This document shows positions 26,770 to 35,726 of a stretch of DNA of 42,048 bases, piece by piece. A program made the position numbers and the translations under genes. Under the pieces are notes generated by a model that saw only the letters and a list, made by a program, of their open reading frames with translations, was not told the origin of the DNA and searched no databases. The DNA is from a virus. Lineage: Duplodnaviria; Caudoviricetes. Within the stretch, counting starts at the first letter, position 1, and every line of letters starts with the position of its first letter. The DNA is taken from the IMG/VR virus record IMGVR_UViG_3300038314_000845, positions 1-42,048 of that record. One strand, 5' to 3'.

Positions 26770-28740
26770 ATGAATCCACAATTTGACCTTTCAAAATACA
26801 CGCATCCGAATCTAAACGGGTTTGAGTTGCGACCTGAATATCAGTGGCCTGCTCATATTGCGACGATTGAGCATTGCCGCCGCACGTTTACCAAAGAAGA
26901 GTTAAAGCAAGGTGAATGGCAGCCGCCGTGGATGCACGAACCCGCTGTGATAGATGCGACGGTTGGTGCAGGTAAAACAATCAATATCGGCTCAATGGCA
27001 AAGCACGTTAGCTCGAAAGGCGGTAAGGTTTTAACACTTGCGAGGCAAGGTGAGTTAATTGAGCAGAACAGCGCTGATGCTTGGTCGATGGGTTGTAAAT
27101 GCTCGATATTCAGTGCCAGCTTAAACCAGAAATCAACATCATTCCCTGTGGTCATGGGAACCGAGGGGACAGTTAGTAACTATTTAAACACCACGTTTGG
27201 TTATCAGGTGGATTCGGAAGGTGAGCGCATCAAAGATGATAACGGCAACTTCGTTGGGCGCTGGGTGCCTGATGTTATCTTGATTGACGAGTGCCATCAT
27301 GTCGATTGGCAGGACTTGATTAAAAAGTTTGACGACCCGAAGCATGAAACCAAAAACCAGTACACGATGATACTGCATCATTTCATTACCATGAAGCCGG
27401 ACGTTCGCATAATTGGCTATACTGGCTCACCTTATCGCGGGCGCACTGATATTATTGTGCCGACGAAATCGCCGATAAAAGGGTTTTGGTGTAAAAAGCT
27501 CTACACAGTACCGACAATGCAGCTTGTTGAGTTGGGCTATCTTGTACCGCCCGTTTTTGGCTTTGGAGACGATGACCACAAGTACGATTTGCACGAATGG
27601 ACACCAGATGGTGAGCAAGGAGCTCATGATTACAGCTCAAAAGAGTTACAGGCAATGCAGCGCAAAATTGTAAAAGACCAGACGCGCACTCAAATCATTA
27701 TGGAAGAAGTTGTTGAGCGAACAAAAGATGATGGTGGCGTGTTGATTACTTGTGCAGGAAAAAAGCATTGCGAACAAGTTTCAGAGTGCTTGCCGGATGG
27801 TAGTTGGGGAATTGTCACAGACTCGACCAGCACCAAAGAGCGGCGCAGAATCTTGAACGGAGCCAAGCGTGGCGATATTAAATACGTGATCCAAATTGGC
27901 TGTTTAACAACTGGGGTTAACGTTCCGTGGTGGCGTTACTGCGTGATATTAAGACGCATCGGAAGCCTAACCCTATTGACTCAGTTAATTGGCCGCGTGT
28001 TGCGTACATTGAAGCCTGACCAGATAGAGGCTGGCATGGTAAAAGATGACGCGGTCGTTTTGGACTACACCGACACAATGGAGTCAATGGGCGACATTTA
28101 CGACGACCCAATGTTAGAGCGTGCAATGGCAGCAAAAGCGAAAGAAGATAAGCGCACGCAACCATGCCCTCAATGCCAGACAGAAAATAGTATGTACGCG
28201 GTTCGCTGCATTGGCACTTCAGACACCGAAGTTGATGGTCGTTGCGGCCACTTCTTTTCGTTCTCTATGTGTCAGGGTTGCAACACGATGAATGCTCCAA
28301 GCGCTCAAGAGTGCCGAAGCTGTGGCGCGACCATGATTGACCCTAACAGTAAGCTACTTAAAAAGCATTACACTGACGCAGATTACAAACCTGTCCTTGA
28401 TATGCGCTTTGAGCATAATAAAAGCGGTGGGCTTTCTGTTATTTTTGACTTGGATAGCACGATTGCCGAAAAAGGCATTGAGCGCGATGAGGTCGCAACT
28501 GAGTATTACGACCCAACCAGTAAAGACCGCGCTAAAAATGGTCGTTGGTGGGCTTTTGTTCGTGCGCATGTTAATAGCCGATCATTTCAGCGGGCCATCA
28601 TGGGGATGAGAAGCGTGAAAGAGATTATTAAAAATAAGGCGATGTTCGACAAGCCGACACACATCACGCACCGAGTTAACGAAAAAGGGTTTTCAATCGT
28701 TAACCGTCGCAAGTTTTTAAGCGGGAGGGAAGCAAGATGA
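26770..28740 (+). CDS. Superfamily 2 DNA helicase with C-terminal zinc fingers
   Basis: TVGAGKT, IDECH, GYTGSPYR, LTTGVNVP, QLIGRVLR motifs; CxxC repeats. Confidence 0.92.
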   Translation: MNPQFDLSKYTHPNLNGFELRPEYQWPAHIATIEHCRRTFTKEELKQGEWQPPWMHEPAVIDATVGAGKTINIGSMAKHVSSKGGKVLTLARQGELIEQNSADAWSMGCKCSIFSASLNQKSTSFPVVMGTEGTVSNYLNTTFGYQVDSEGERIKDDNGNFVGRWVPDVILIDECHHVDWQDLIKKFDDPKHETKNQYTMILHHFITMKPDVRIIGYTGSPYRGRTDIIVPTKSPIKGFWCKKLYTVPTMQLVELGYLVPPVFGFGDDDHKYDLHEWTPDGEQGAHDYSSKELQAMQRKIVKDQTRTQIIMEEVVERTKDDGGVLITCAGKKHCEQVSECLPDGSWGIVTDSTSTKERRRILNGAKRGDIKYVIQIGCLTTGVNVPWWRYCVILRRIGSLTLLTQLIGRVLRTLKPDQIEAGMVKDDAVVLDYTDTMESMGDIYDDPMLERAMAAKAKEDKRTQPCPQCQTENSMYAVRCIGTSDTEVDGRCGHFFSFSMCQGCNTMNAPSAQECRSCGATMIDPNSKLLKKHYTDADYKPVLDMRFEHNKSGGLSVIFDLDSTIAEKGIERDEVATEYYDPTSKDRAKNGRWWAFVRAHVNSRSFQRAIMGMRSVKEIIKNKAMFDKPTHITHRVNEKGFSIVNRRKFLSGREAR

Positions 28741-29243
28741 CTATAAAATCAGCAGGAATTATTGGCATTGACCCCGACATGAAAAAGTCGGGCGTTGCAA
28801 CGGTTAATTTTGACGGTGGAATCGTTGATATAAAAAGTATGAGCGTCACTGAGTTAACTAAATTCATAAGCGATAATGAGAGTTGCTTTTTCGCCATAGA
28901 GGACGTGAATAAACATGGCGCGATTTACCAACATAATCGAAAAGGCGGGCGTGGTGTTCAGTCGCGCATTGCTCAAAACGTCGGAATGGTGAAAGCGGCT
29001 GGCAGCATGATTTGTGAGATTATCGAGGATGCAACAGGACGACCGCCGATAATGGCACCGCTTGGTATTGGCAAGCAAGTCAAGCGCAACGGAAAGTTAT
29101 TTAATCAGTTGACAGGTTGGCAGGGCAAGTCAAACGAAGATACGCGCGACGCTGCTTGCATTGGGCGATGGGTTGCTAGCCAGTTGCGCGACGGATGGGT
29201 AATTGATAACAAGGCAGGCCAACTGGTTAGACCAGTTAAATAA
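28737..29243 (+). CDS. RuvC-like Holliday junction resolvase/nuclease
   Basis: IIGIDPD...AIEDV...NEDTRDAA. Confidence 0.75.
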   Translation: MTIKSAGIIGIDPDMKKSGVATVNFDGGIVDIKSMSVTELTKFISDNESCFFAIEDVNKHGAIYQHNRKGGRGVQSRIAQNVGMVKAAGSMICEIIEDATGRPPIMAPLGIGKQVKRNGKLFNQLTGWQGKSNEDTRDAACIGRWVASQLRDGWVIDNKAGQLVRPVK

Positions 29244-29260
29244 AAATAGTGTGCTAAAGT
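29223..29260 (+). promoter_or_regulatory. Promoter with palindrome CTGGTTAGACCAG (29223-29235)
   Basis: Palindrome-19-(TGC)TAAAGT upstream of recombination genes. Confidence 0.7.
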
Positions 29261-29293
29261 CACTAGCGAAACAATAAAACGGATGGAGAGAAA

Positions 29294-30182
29294 CATGACT
29301 AAAGTCAAAGCAGGCTACTACGCAGACATGCCGCACGATGAATATCGTGAAGCGGAAGGTGTATGCAATAGCGACTTATTGCTATTAGAAAAACGTCCGT
29401 CAAGCGTTAAGCAATCAAAAACAGCGCCACGCGACCCAAGCAAAACAGGCGCAGCAGACTACGGCACAATCGTTCACACTGCATTGCTTGAGCCTGAGAA
29501 GTTTGAGGGTTCATTTGTTATCGGCCCCACAAAGTCACGCGAAACAAAGGCGTTTATGGAGTTTGAGCAACAGCCAGAGAATCATGGAAAGTTGATTTTG
29601 CTTGAGCATGAATACGACCAGTTACGTTTGACAGTCGATTGCGCTCTAGCAGACCCAACGATGGAGGAATTTTTACGCCAACACAAGTTTGACGCAGAGG
29701 CTTCTATTTTTGTGCAGGATGAGCGCTTGGATATTATGCGTAAAATCCGCATTGACGCTAACTACGTGCCGCATGGGTTGCCGATTGTTGGTGATATGAA
29801 ATCAAGCGCAGGGAAAGGTGAAGGCGTTATTGAGACGTGGAGTAGCCCGATTGAATGGAAGAATCCGCTGTTTTCTCTTAACTATGGACACGGCGCGGCG
29901 TTTTATCTTGACACGGCAAGCCTGCACTACGGCGAGTCGATTGACAGCTATTACTTCTTAATCATTGGCAAGACAGCAGACTTTGGCGTTTACCCTGTCG
30001 ATGTTCGAGAGGTGACGCGCCAAGAGTTAATTGAGTATGGATTTTTTGAGCGCATGACGCGAAACCTAGAGGAATACGCAGAGCGCTTACACACCGACAA
30101 CTGGAAAAGTATCAGTCGCTTCCCTGTGTTTGGTGATAAAGAGCCTGAAAAATTTGAATACGTTGAAGATGACGCCTCATAG
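29294..30182 (+). CDS. RecE/exonuclease VIII-like PD-(D/E)XK exonuclease
   Basis: GTIVHTALLEPEKF, EASIF, KIRID, GDMKS motifs. Confidence 0.85.
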
Positions 30183-30202
30183 TAGGGCGCAAGGAGAGAG
30201 AA

Positions 30203-30799
30203 ATGAGTAATTGGAAAATCAGTGACACGATTGTCACAAAATCAGACCAACTTAACGCAGAGGACTTGCTTCATGGCAACCGCGTTATCAAAATTACTGG
30301 CGTTAAAAAGTTGAGCGACCCACAGCAGCCTATGGTGATTAGCTATGACGGCGACAATGGACGACCTTTTAAGCCATGCTTAACCATGCGTAAATTGCTT
30401 GCTTTTGCATACGGCGACAACCCTGACAATTTAATCGGAAAGTCGCTAGAGCTTTACTGTGACCCTGAAGTTAAGTTTGGCAAAGACCGTGTTGGCGGCG
30501 TTCGCATTAGCGGCATGAGCGACATTAAAGGCACGATTCGCACCTCATTAACCGAAACTCGCGGACGCAAAAAAGAGTACATCGTAAAGCGCATTGACGG
30601 AGCAGAAAAGCCGCCATACCCAGCGGATAAGTTTCAGGCCGCGTTCGATAAAATGAAAGAGTACATCATCAGCGGCGAAATGACGCATGAGCAGGTAATC
30701 AACCGCTGTGAGCAGTCGGGCAAGCTCAACGACGAGCAGAAAGAGCAAATACGCTCTGTTGAAGTTGACGACGAGCCGCAGTTTGTCGAAGGCGAGTAG
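30203..30799 (+). CDS. Putative recombination / ssDNA annealing protein
   Basis: KSDQLNAEDL...DPEVKFG...GGVRISGMS; between exonuclease and SSB as in T1-like phages. Confidence 0.65.
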   Translation: MSNWKISDTIVTKSDQLNAEDLLHGNRVIKITGVKKLSDPQQPMVISYDGDNGRPFKPCLTMRKLLAFAYGDNPDNLIGKSLELYCDPEVKFGKDRVGGVRISGMSDIKGTIRTSLTETRGRKKEYIVKRIDGAEKPPYPADKFQAAFDKMKEYIISGEMTHEQVINRCEQSGKLNDEQKEQIRSVEVDDEPQFVEGE

Positions 30800-30853
30800 T
30801 AATTTTTAATTGTGCGGGTTAACGCCCGCTTTAACTAAGAGTGAGAAAAGAAG

Positions 30854-31306
30854 ATGGCACAACGTGGAATCAACAAGGTTATTGTTTTAGGTAATTTAGG
30901 GCAAGACCCCGAAGTTAATCACACACAAAACGGAACGGCGGTTGCTAATTTGTCAGTCGCAACCAGTGAAACGTGGAAGGATAAGCAAACAGGAGAGCAG
31001 AAAGAGTTTACCGAATGGCACCGTGTCGTACTGTGGGATAAGCTGGCAGAAATTGCGGGCCAATACCTCAAGAAAGGCTCAAAGGTTTATATTGAGGGAA
31101 AACTGCAAACTCGGAAATGGACTGACCAAAGCGGAAGCGACCGTTACACAACTGAGATTGTGCTTAAAGGCTTTGATGGCACTTTGCAAATGCTTGATTC
31201 GCGTGAAGGCGGGCAAGGTGGCTATCAGAATAATCAGCCTGCACCGCAACAACAGCAATCAATTCAAGGTCAGAATCAATTAAACGGTGATGAGCCTCCA
31301 TTCTAA
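30854..31306 (+). CDS. ssb: Single-stranded DNA-binding protein
   Basis: [17 protein letters not shown]...TEWHRVV...[16 protein letters not shown]; acidic PF tail. Confidence 0.97.
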   Translation: MAQRGINKVIVLGNLGQDPEVNHTQNGTAVANLSVATSETWKDKQTGEQKEFTEWHRVVLWDKLAEIAGQYLKKGSKVYIEGKLQTRKWTDQSGSDRYTTEIVLKGFDGTLQMLDSREGGQGGYQNNQPAPQQQQSIQGQNQLNGDEPPF

Positions 31307-31344
31307 CTGGTCGTACCACCTAAGCCTAGCCTTTGTGTTAGGCT
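31307..31344 (+). promoter_or_regulatory. Promoter with palindrome CTGGTCGTACCAC (31307-31319)
   Basis: Palindrome-19-(TGT)TAGGCT. Confidence 0.7.
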
Positions 31345-31373
31345 TAGTTTTATTGGAAGCGACGGAGAGATTT

Positions 31374-32651
31374 ATGAACCAGTTATCATGCCCGACTAGC
31401 ATTAAAGAAGTCATCGAAGAATACCGCCACAAGTCGGAGTTTTTAGCAGATGCCATAAAAACCTTTGAACAGGCAGAGCGAGACATTGATTCTGCTGTTC
31501 AGGTTATCGGAGGTTTTACAGGCGATTCATTTATAAAAAAGAATTACCTATCGGAAACACACGGACAGCGCATATTGTTAGCAAGCGCATGGAAGTCGAT
31601 ATATCACCGTCTAGGGCTTGATAATGTGTTTAGCGCAGATGATAAGCGCAAGTTTGAGCAATCCCTGACGCACCCAGCTCCGCTAACGCTTGAGAACTTA
31701 CAAGCTAGTTTCGGTAAGTATTGGGAAAACCCGCGCTACTATATCTTGAAAGGGCTGGCAGAGGCATTCTTTAAGCTCGATAAGTTCTATAAGTCCCATT
31801 CAAATTTTGGCTTTGGGGTTAAGGGATTGCCTAAGCGTGCAATCATTAGTAATTTTGCTGGCTATGGTTCATGGGGTAGCGGCCACTTAAAAGATATGTG
31901 CGAAGCTATTTTGCAAGTAACAGGCTCACCAATGCTTACGCAGGATGAGAAAGGTCTTATATACCAAAGCAAGCTACGTTCAGAGGACTTTAATTTGCCG
32001 CGCTTAGGTTTATCAATCCGAACATTCCAAAACGGCAACGCGCACGTTTACTTCGATAAAAACTCGCTACGCATTGTAAGTGAAGCTCTACATGAGTTTT
32101 ACGGGAATGTATTGCCTGACGCATACGAACAAGGGGAACGACCACAAAGCACAGAAGTGGCGAAGGATTTACAGTTTTACCGCACGCCAAAAGCGGTTGT
32201 AGAGCATGTTTTGTCGTCGGTGCATATTCCTAAGGGCGCAACTGTATTAGAGCCTAGTTGCGGCGATGGGGCAATCATTGACGAACTAAGCCTAATGGGC
32301 GCTAAATGCGTTGGCGTTGAGTTCGACAAAGCAAGAGCCGCACAAGCAAAAGCGAAAGGTCATGCCGTTCATGTGGCTAACTTTTTAGAAATGGCTCCGA
32401 CGCCAGAATTTGACTTTGTAATAATGAACCCGCCGTTTTACGGTAAGCATTATGTCAAACATATTGAGCACGCCAAGAAGTTTCTGAAAGAAGGCGGTAC
32501 GCTTGTTTCAATACTGCCAGCTAACGCTTGGTATGAGCACAAGCTGTTAAAAGGCGAATGGCATGACTTGCCGATTGGCAGCTTTAGAGAATCGGGAACT
32601 AACGTCAACACAGGCTTTTTGATAATGCGGAGGGTCGGAGGTGCTAAATAA
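31374..32651 (+). CDS. DNA amino-methyltransferase (likely N6-adenine) with DUF4942-like N-terminal domain
   Basis: Motif I LEPSCGDG, motif IV MNPPF; SD GGAGAG before ATG 31374. Confidence 0.85.
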   Translation: MNQLSCPTSIKEVIEEYRHKSEFLADAIKTFEQAERDIDSAVQVIGGFTGDSFIKKNYLSETHGQRILLASAWKSIYHRLGLDNVFSADDKRKFEQSLTHPAPLTLENLQASFGKYWENPRYYILKGLAEAFFKLDKFYKSHSNFGFGVKGLPKRAIISNFAGYGSWGSGHLKDMCEAILQVTGSPMLTQDEKGLIYQSKLRSEDFNLPRLGLSIRTFQNGNAHVYFDKNSLRIVSEALHEFYGNVLPDAYEQGERPQSTEVAKDLQFYRTPKAVVEHVLSSVHIPKGATVLEPSCGDGAIIDELSLMGAKCVGVEFDKARAAQAKAKGHAVHVANFLEMAPTPEFDFVIMNPPFYGKHYVKHIEHAKKFLKEGGTLVSILPANAWYEHKLLKGEWHDLPIGSFRESGTNVNTGFLIMRRVGGAK

Positions 32652-32796
32652 GCGAGTGAAAAAATCAAAAGCTTACAGCTCTGCGTCGACATGTTCTGAC
32701 GCCTCATGGCGCACCCACTGGCGGCGTTATCTAATGTGCCGCTTGGGTATTAAGTGGCAATCGGATTCACGGAAAAGAGGGGATTATGATGAGTAA
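32641..32796 (+). CDS. 51-aa basic hypothetical protein
   Basis: GTG start with SD; fills gap and overlaps neighbours. Confidence 0.45.
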   Translation: MLNKRVKKSKAYSSASTCSDASWRTHWRRYLMCRLGIKWQSDSRKRGDYDE

Positions 32797-32953
32797 TGTC
32801 CGCTACCAACCTAAAGGCGGTATGTGCCGCGTATGCAGACACAAACACGGCGACTGTTCAATGTTGCCGTTTCACACAATGAAACCAATCGAGCGTAAAG
32901 GCGACACTGTTATTGTGCGTTGTGGTTGGTTTGAGAGGGCGGAAAATAAATGA
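32786..32953 (+). CDS. 55-aa Cys-rich phage protein
   Basis: YQPKGGMCRVC...C..LPF.TM...VIVRC; ATGA coupling. Confidence 0.7.
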   Translation: MMSNVRYQPKGGMCRVCRHKHGDCSMLPFHTMKPIERKGDTVIVRCGWFERAENK

Positions 32954-33468
32954 TTATCGGACTAACAGGTAAAGCAAGAAGCGGCAAGGACACACTTGCC
33001 AATCACTTAGAGCAAACTCACGGCTACCATCATTATTGGTTCAGTAAGCCAATGAAAAACGCTTGTCGCCATATTTTCGGATGGGATGACCGCCACTTGT
33101 ACGGCGAGTTAAAAGAGGTAGTAGACGAGCGTTACGGGGTATCACCTCGCTACGCATTGCAGACTATTGGCACGCAATGGGGGCGAGACATTATCAACCG
33201 CGATTTGTGGCTATTACGCGCCAAAGAAGAAATACGACTAAACAAAGATATTGTTATCAGCGATGTTCGTTTCGACAATGAAGCGCAGATGATATTGGAT
33301 CAGGGCGGCTTGGTCATCAATATCGTTCGACCTGACGCTGAGCAAGTCAACGAGCACGAATCTGAGTCGGGCATTGACGCGAACTTAGTGAGCTTCACGG
33401 TAGAAAATGACCGCGCTGTTGATGATATGTTCCGTGATTTTGATTATGTCATGTTTGGAGTGGATTGA
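32950..33468 (+). CDS. Deoxynucleoside monophosphate kinase
   Basis: IIGLTGKARSGKDT, PRYALQTIGT, ISDVRFDNE, HESE. Confidence 0.9.
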   Translation: MIIGLTGKARSGKDTLANHLEQTHGYHHYWFSKPMKNACRHIFGWDDRHLYGELKEVVDERYGVSPRYALQTIGTQWGRDIINRDLWLLRAKEEIRLNKDIVISDVRFDNEAQMILDQGGLVINIVRPDAEQVNEHESESGIDANLVSFTVENDRAVDDMFRDFDYVMFGVD

Positions 33469-33719
33469 TGATTGCTTATATAGTCGCCTTTGCCGTGTCT
33501 TTTGTGTATATCTACCTCAAGGCATGGCAGCAAATAAATGTAATGCACGAAAGGTACTCATGGGTTATGCCAGTTTCTTTTGCTATGGCAATATGTGAAG
33601 TTTCAGTGATAGGTCTTGTTGTCGCCAAGTCGTTTTGGATGTTTGTGCCTATTGGTCTAGGTGGTGGCTTAGGTTGTATGCTGTCTATGAAGCGTAACCA
33701 TCGTGCAAAGCGCGTATAA
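33465..33719 (+). CDS. Small multi-TM membrane protein
   Basis: Three hydrophobic segments. Confidence 0.7.
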   Translation: MMIAYIVAFAVSFVYIYLKAWQQINVMHERYSWVMPVSFAMAICEVSVIGLVVAKSFWMFVPIGLGGGLGCMLSMKRNHRAKRV

Positions 33720-33766
33720 ATAACATACAATACAGCGATAGCAACCACTATCGCTAAGGATGACAC

Positions 33767-34891
33767 ATGAGTAACATTACAGACGAACAGGTTATTGAGG
33801 CTTTGGAGTCTGGCCTTTCAATCCGCAAATCTGCTGAAAAACTTGGTTGCAGCCATTCTAACTTGATAAAACGGCGGGATAGGTTGGTACGTAGAGGGCG
33901 ATGGGGAACGAATAACCAGTTAGACAAGCCAGCGCCTGAGCCTTTCCTGCTTAATCGCCGTTCAGAGCATACAGGCAAAGACGGAACGATAACAGGCTGG
34001 AATATCTACGAACCTGATAAGGTCAAGGCGTTCCAGATGCTGCAAGAAGCTGTTAAGGCAATGGCAGAGGAAGTTCCGCCCGCACCTCCTGTCACCTCTA
34101 TTCCACCTCAAGGTCAAGATAACATCACCAATCTCTATGTTATTACTGATTATCACCTAGGCATGATGGCGTGGGGAGAAGAAACTGGCGCAGACTGGGA
34201 CATGAAAATCGCTGAGGATATGCTGCTTAACTGGTTTAAGCGAGCAATCGAATCAGCGCCAGCCGCGAGCAGCGCAATACTGGCTAACATAGGTGACTTC
34301 CTGCATTGGGATGGAATGGAGGCAGTAACGCCAGCATCAAAGCACCTCCTAGATGCAGACACAAGATTTACGAAGCTAATACGTGTCTGCATTCGTGTAT
34401 GGCGACAAATAATCCCTATGCTTCTACAAAAATACGAGTCTTTACACGTCATCATGGCAGACGCCAACCATGACCCTGCTAGTGAGAGCTGGATGCGAGA
34501 AATGCTACACGCATTTTACGAGTATGAGCCGCGGGTAACCGTTGATACATCGGCAGACACTTATTACTGTTATGAGTTTGGAAAGGTCAGCCTGTTCTTC
34601 CACCACGGTCATAAGCGCAAGCCCGCTAACATTGACACGGTATTTACTGCCAAGTTCCGTGAGGAATTCGGCAGAACTTCTTTTAGTTATGCTCACATGG
34701 GGCACTTACATAGCGTCGATGTAAAAGAAACTAACCTTATGCTTGTTGAGCAACATAGAACACTAGCTGCCCCAGATGCTTACGCAAGCAGAGGAGGATG
34801 GATAAGCGGTCGAGACGCAAAAGTAATAACTTACCACAAGGATTATGGCGAGGTCGCAAGATGCACAATTAGTGCTGACATGCTCAAATAA
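33767..34891 (+). CDS. Metallophosphoesterase with N-terminal HTH
   Basis: TDYHLG, GDFLH, ANHD, HHGH, GHLH motifs. Confidence 0.88.
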   Translation: MSNITDEQVIEALESGLSIRKSAEKLGCSHSNLIKRRDRLVRRGRWGTNNQLDKPAPEPFLLNRRSEHTGKDGTITGWNIYEPDKVKAFQMLQEAVKAMAEEVPPAPPVTSIPPQGQDNITNLYVITDYHLGMMAWGEETGADWDMKIAEDMLLNWFKRAIESAPAASSAILANIGDFLHWDGMEAVTPASKHLLDADTRFTKLIRVCIRVWRQIIPMLLQKYESLHVIMADANHDPASESWMREMLHAFYEYEPRVTVDTSADTYYCYEFGKVSLFFHHGHKRKPANIDTVFTAKFREEFGRTSFSYAHMGHLHSVDVKETNLMLVEQHRTLAAPDAYASRGGWISGRDAKVITYHKDYGEVARCTISADMLK

Positions 34892-34904
34892 CCCCACTGC
34901 CGAC

Positions 34905-35444
34905 AACATGTATAAGAAAACGGACTTTCTATACATGCCCGTCCAATATGTACAAATTTATGTACATAGTCTACAAAAGGTTTTTACTTTTAGTAACGAA
35001 GCGTACACCAAGCGCCCTTTTATGCGCATTTAAATGTAACTTTAGACACTTTTATGCGCATAAAAACGTAAAATTCTATTTTTGTGTTTTCAATCAGACG
35101 AGAACCAGTTTACAAATTGACACATATACGCACCATAAGACCGTTCAGAGAGCTATATGTAAACCATTTCTGTCATAACTGTGACGATAAACACCACATA
35201 CCCAACATAACTGTCACAATGATAATGCACCTTATATGACTCATTAACCGCATAATCCGCCAAAAATGAGCTAAATAAGGGTCATTATACGCCAACCCGC
35301 ATAAACCTGCTTTATACGCCAACGGGTATAATAATCCCGTTATCGAGTGAATTATGGGATTATTAGGTGTTAAGTCCAATTTTTTTCATGCGCTAGATGT
35401 AACCGTAATCAGTAACAATCTCCAATGTAACTAATTTTAGTAAC
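34905..35444. repeat. Non-coding array of diverse paired operator-like palindromes
   Basis: See findings; includes TATGTACA-N6-TGTACATA, TTTTATGCGCATAAAA, TAATAATCCC-N17-GGGATTATTA. Confidence 0.7.
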
Positions 35445-35491
35445 TGGTCGTACCAGTTTTTTCTTGTAAGCACAATCTACTGTGCTATATT
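35444..35491 (+). promoter_or_regulatory. Promoter of HTH gene with upstream palindrome CTGGTCGTACCAG (35444-35456)
   Basis: TTGTAA-16-(TGC)TATATT; palindrome 29 bp from -10. Confidence 0.65.
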
Positions 35492-35522
35492 TACCCCATC
35501 AACAACACAGATGGAGAGAATA

Positions 35523-35726
35523 ATGTACAAATCAATACTGGACACAATCTTTAACCTGACTGAGCGCATGAAGCGTCATAAGACGATGGATATTGCACGT
35601 GCGTCAGGCGTTCATAGAAACACTGTCAGGTCGATTAAGAACGGTGTCAATAAAAACCCTAGCGTTGATACATTAAACGCCATACACAAAGCCCTAGACA
35701 GTATGGAGGGCGTTGAGCATGACTGA
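35523..35726 (+). CDS. XRE-family HTH regulator
   Basis: DIARASGVHRNTVRSIKNG..KNPSVDTLNAI; SD GGAGAG. Confidence 0.85.
   Translation: MYKSILDTIFNLTERMKRHKTMDIARASGVHRNTVRSIKNGVNKNPSVDTLNAIHKALDSMEGVEHD

Noticed and set aside
31287-31373. N-terminal extension of the methyltransferase, and similar long starts at 6331, 15312, 36466 and 38052
   Set aside because: Extensions run through promoters or other genes; downstream starts have clear SD sequences
35049-35066. dif/XerC half-site (GCGCATAA)
   Set aside because: No XerD arm (TTATGTTAAAT-like) 6 bp away; it is a self-contained palindrome
34845-35379. ORFs 34845-35033, 34948-35178 and 35173-35379
   Set aside because: No SD, atypical composition, and they overlap the palindrome array; likely spurious
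34905-35444. CRISPR array or mini-array
   Set aside because: No single repeat recurs with regular spacers; each motif occurs only about twice and no cas genes are present
23778-35726. Lysogeny module
   Set aside because: Two HTH genes are present, but no integrase, partition genes or CI-type repressor with peptidase domain was recognised; lifestyle cannot be firmly called
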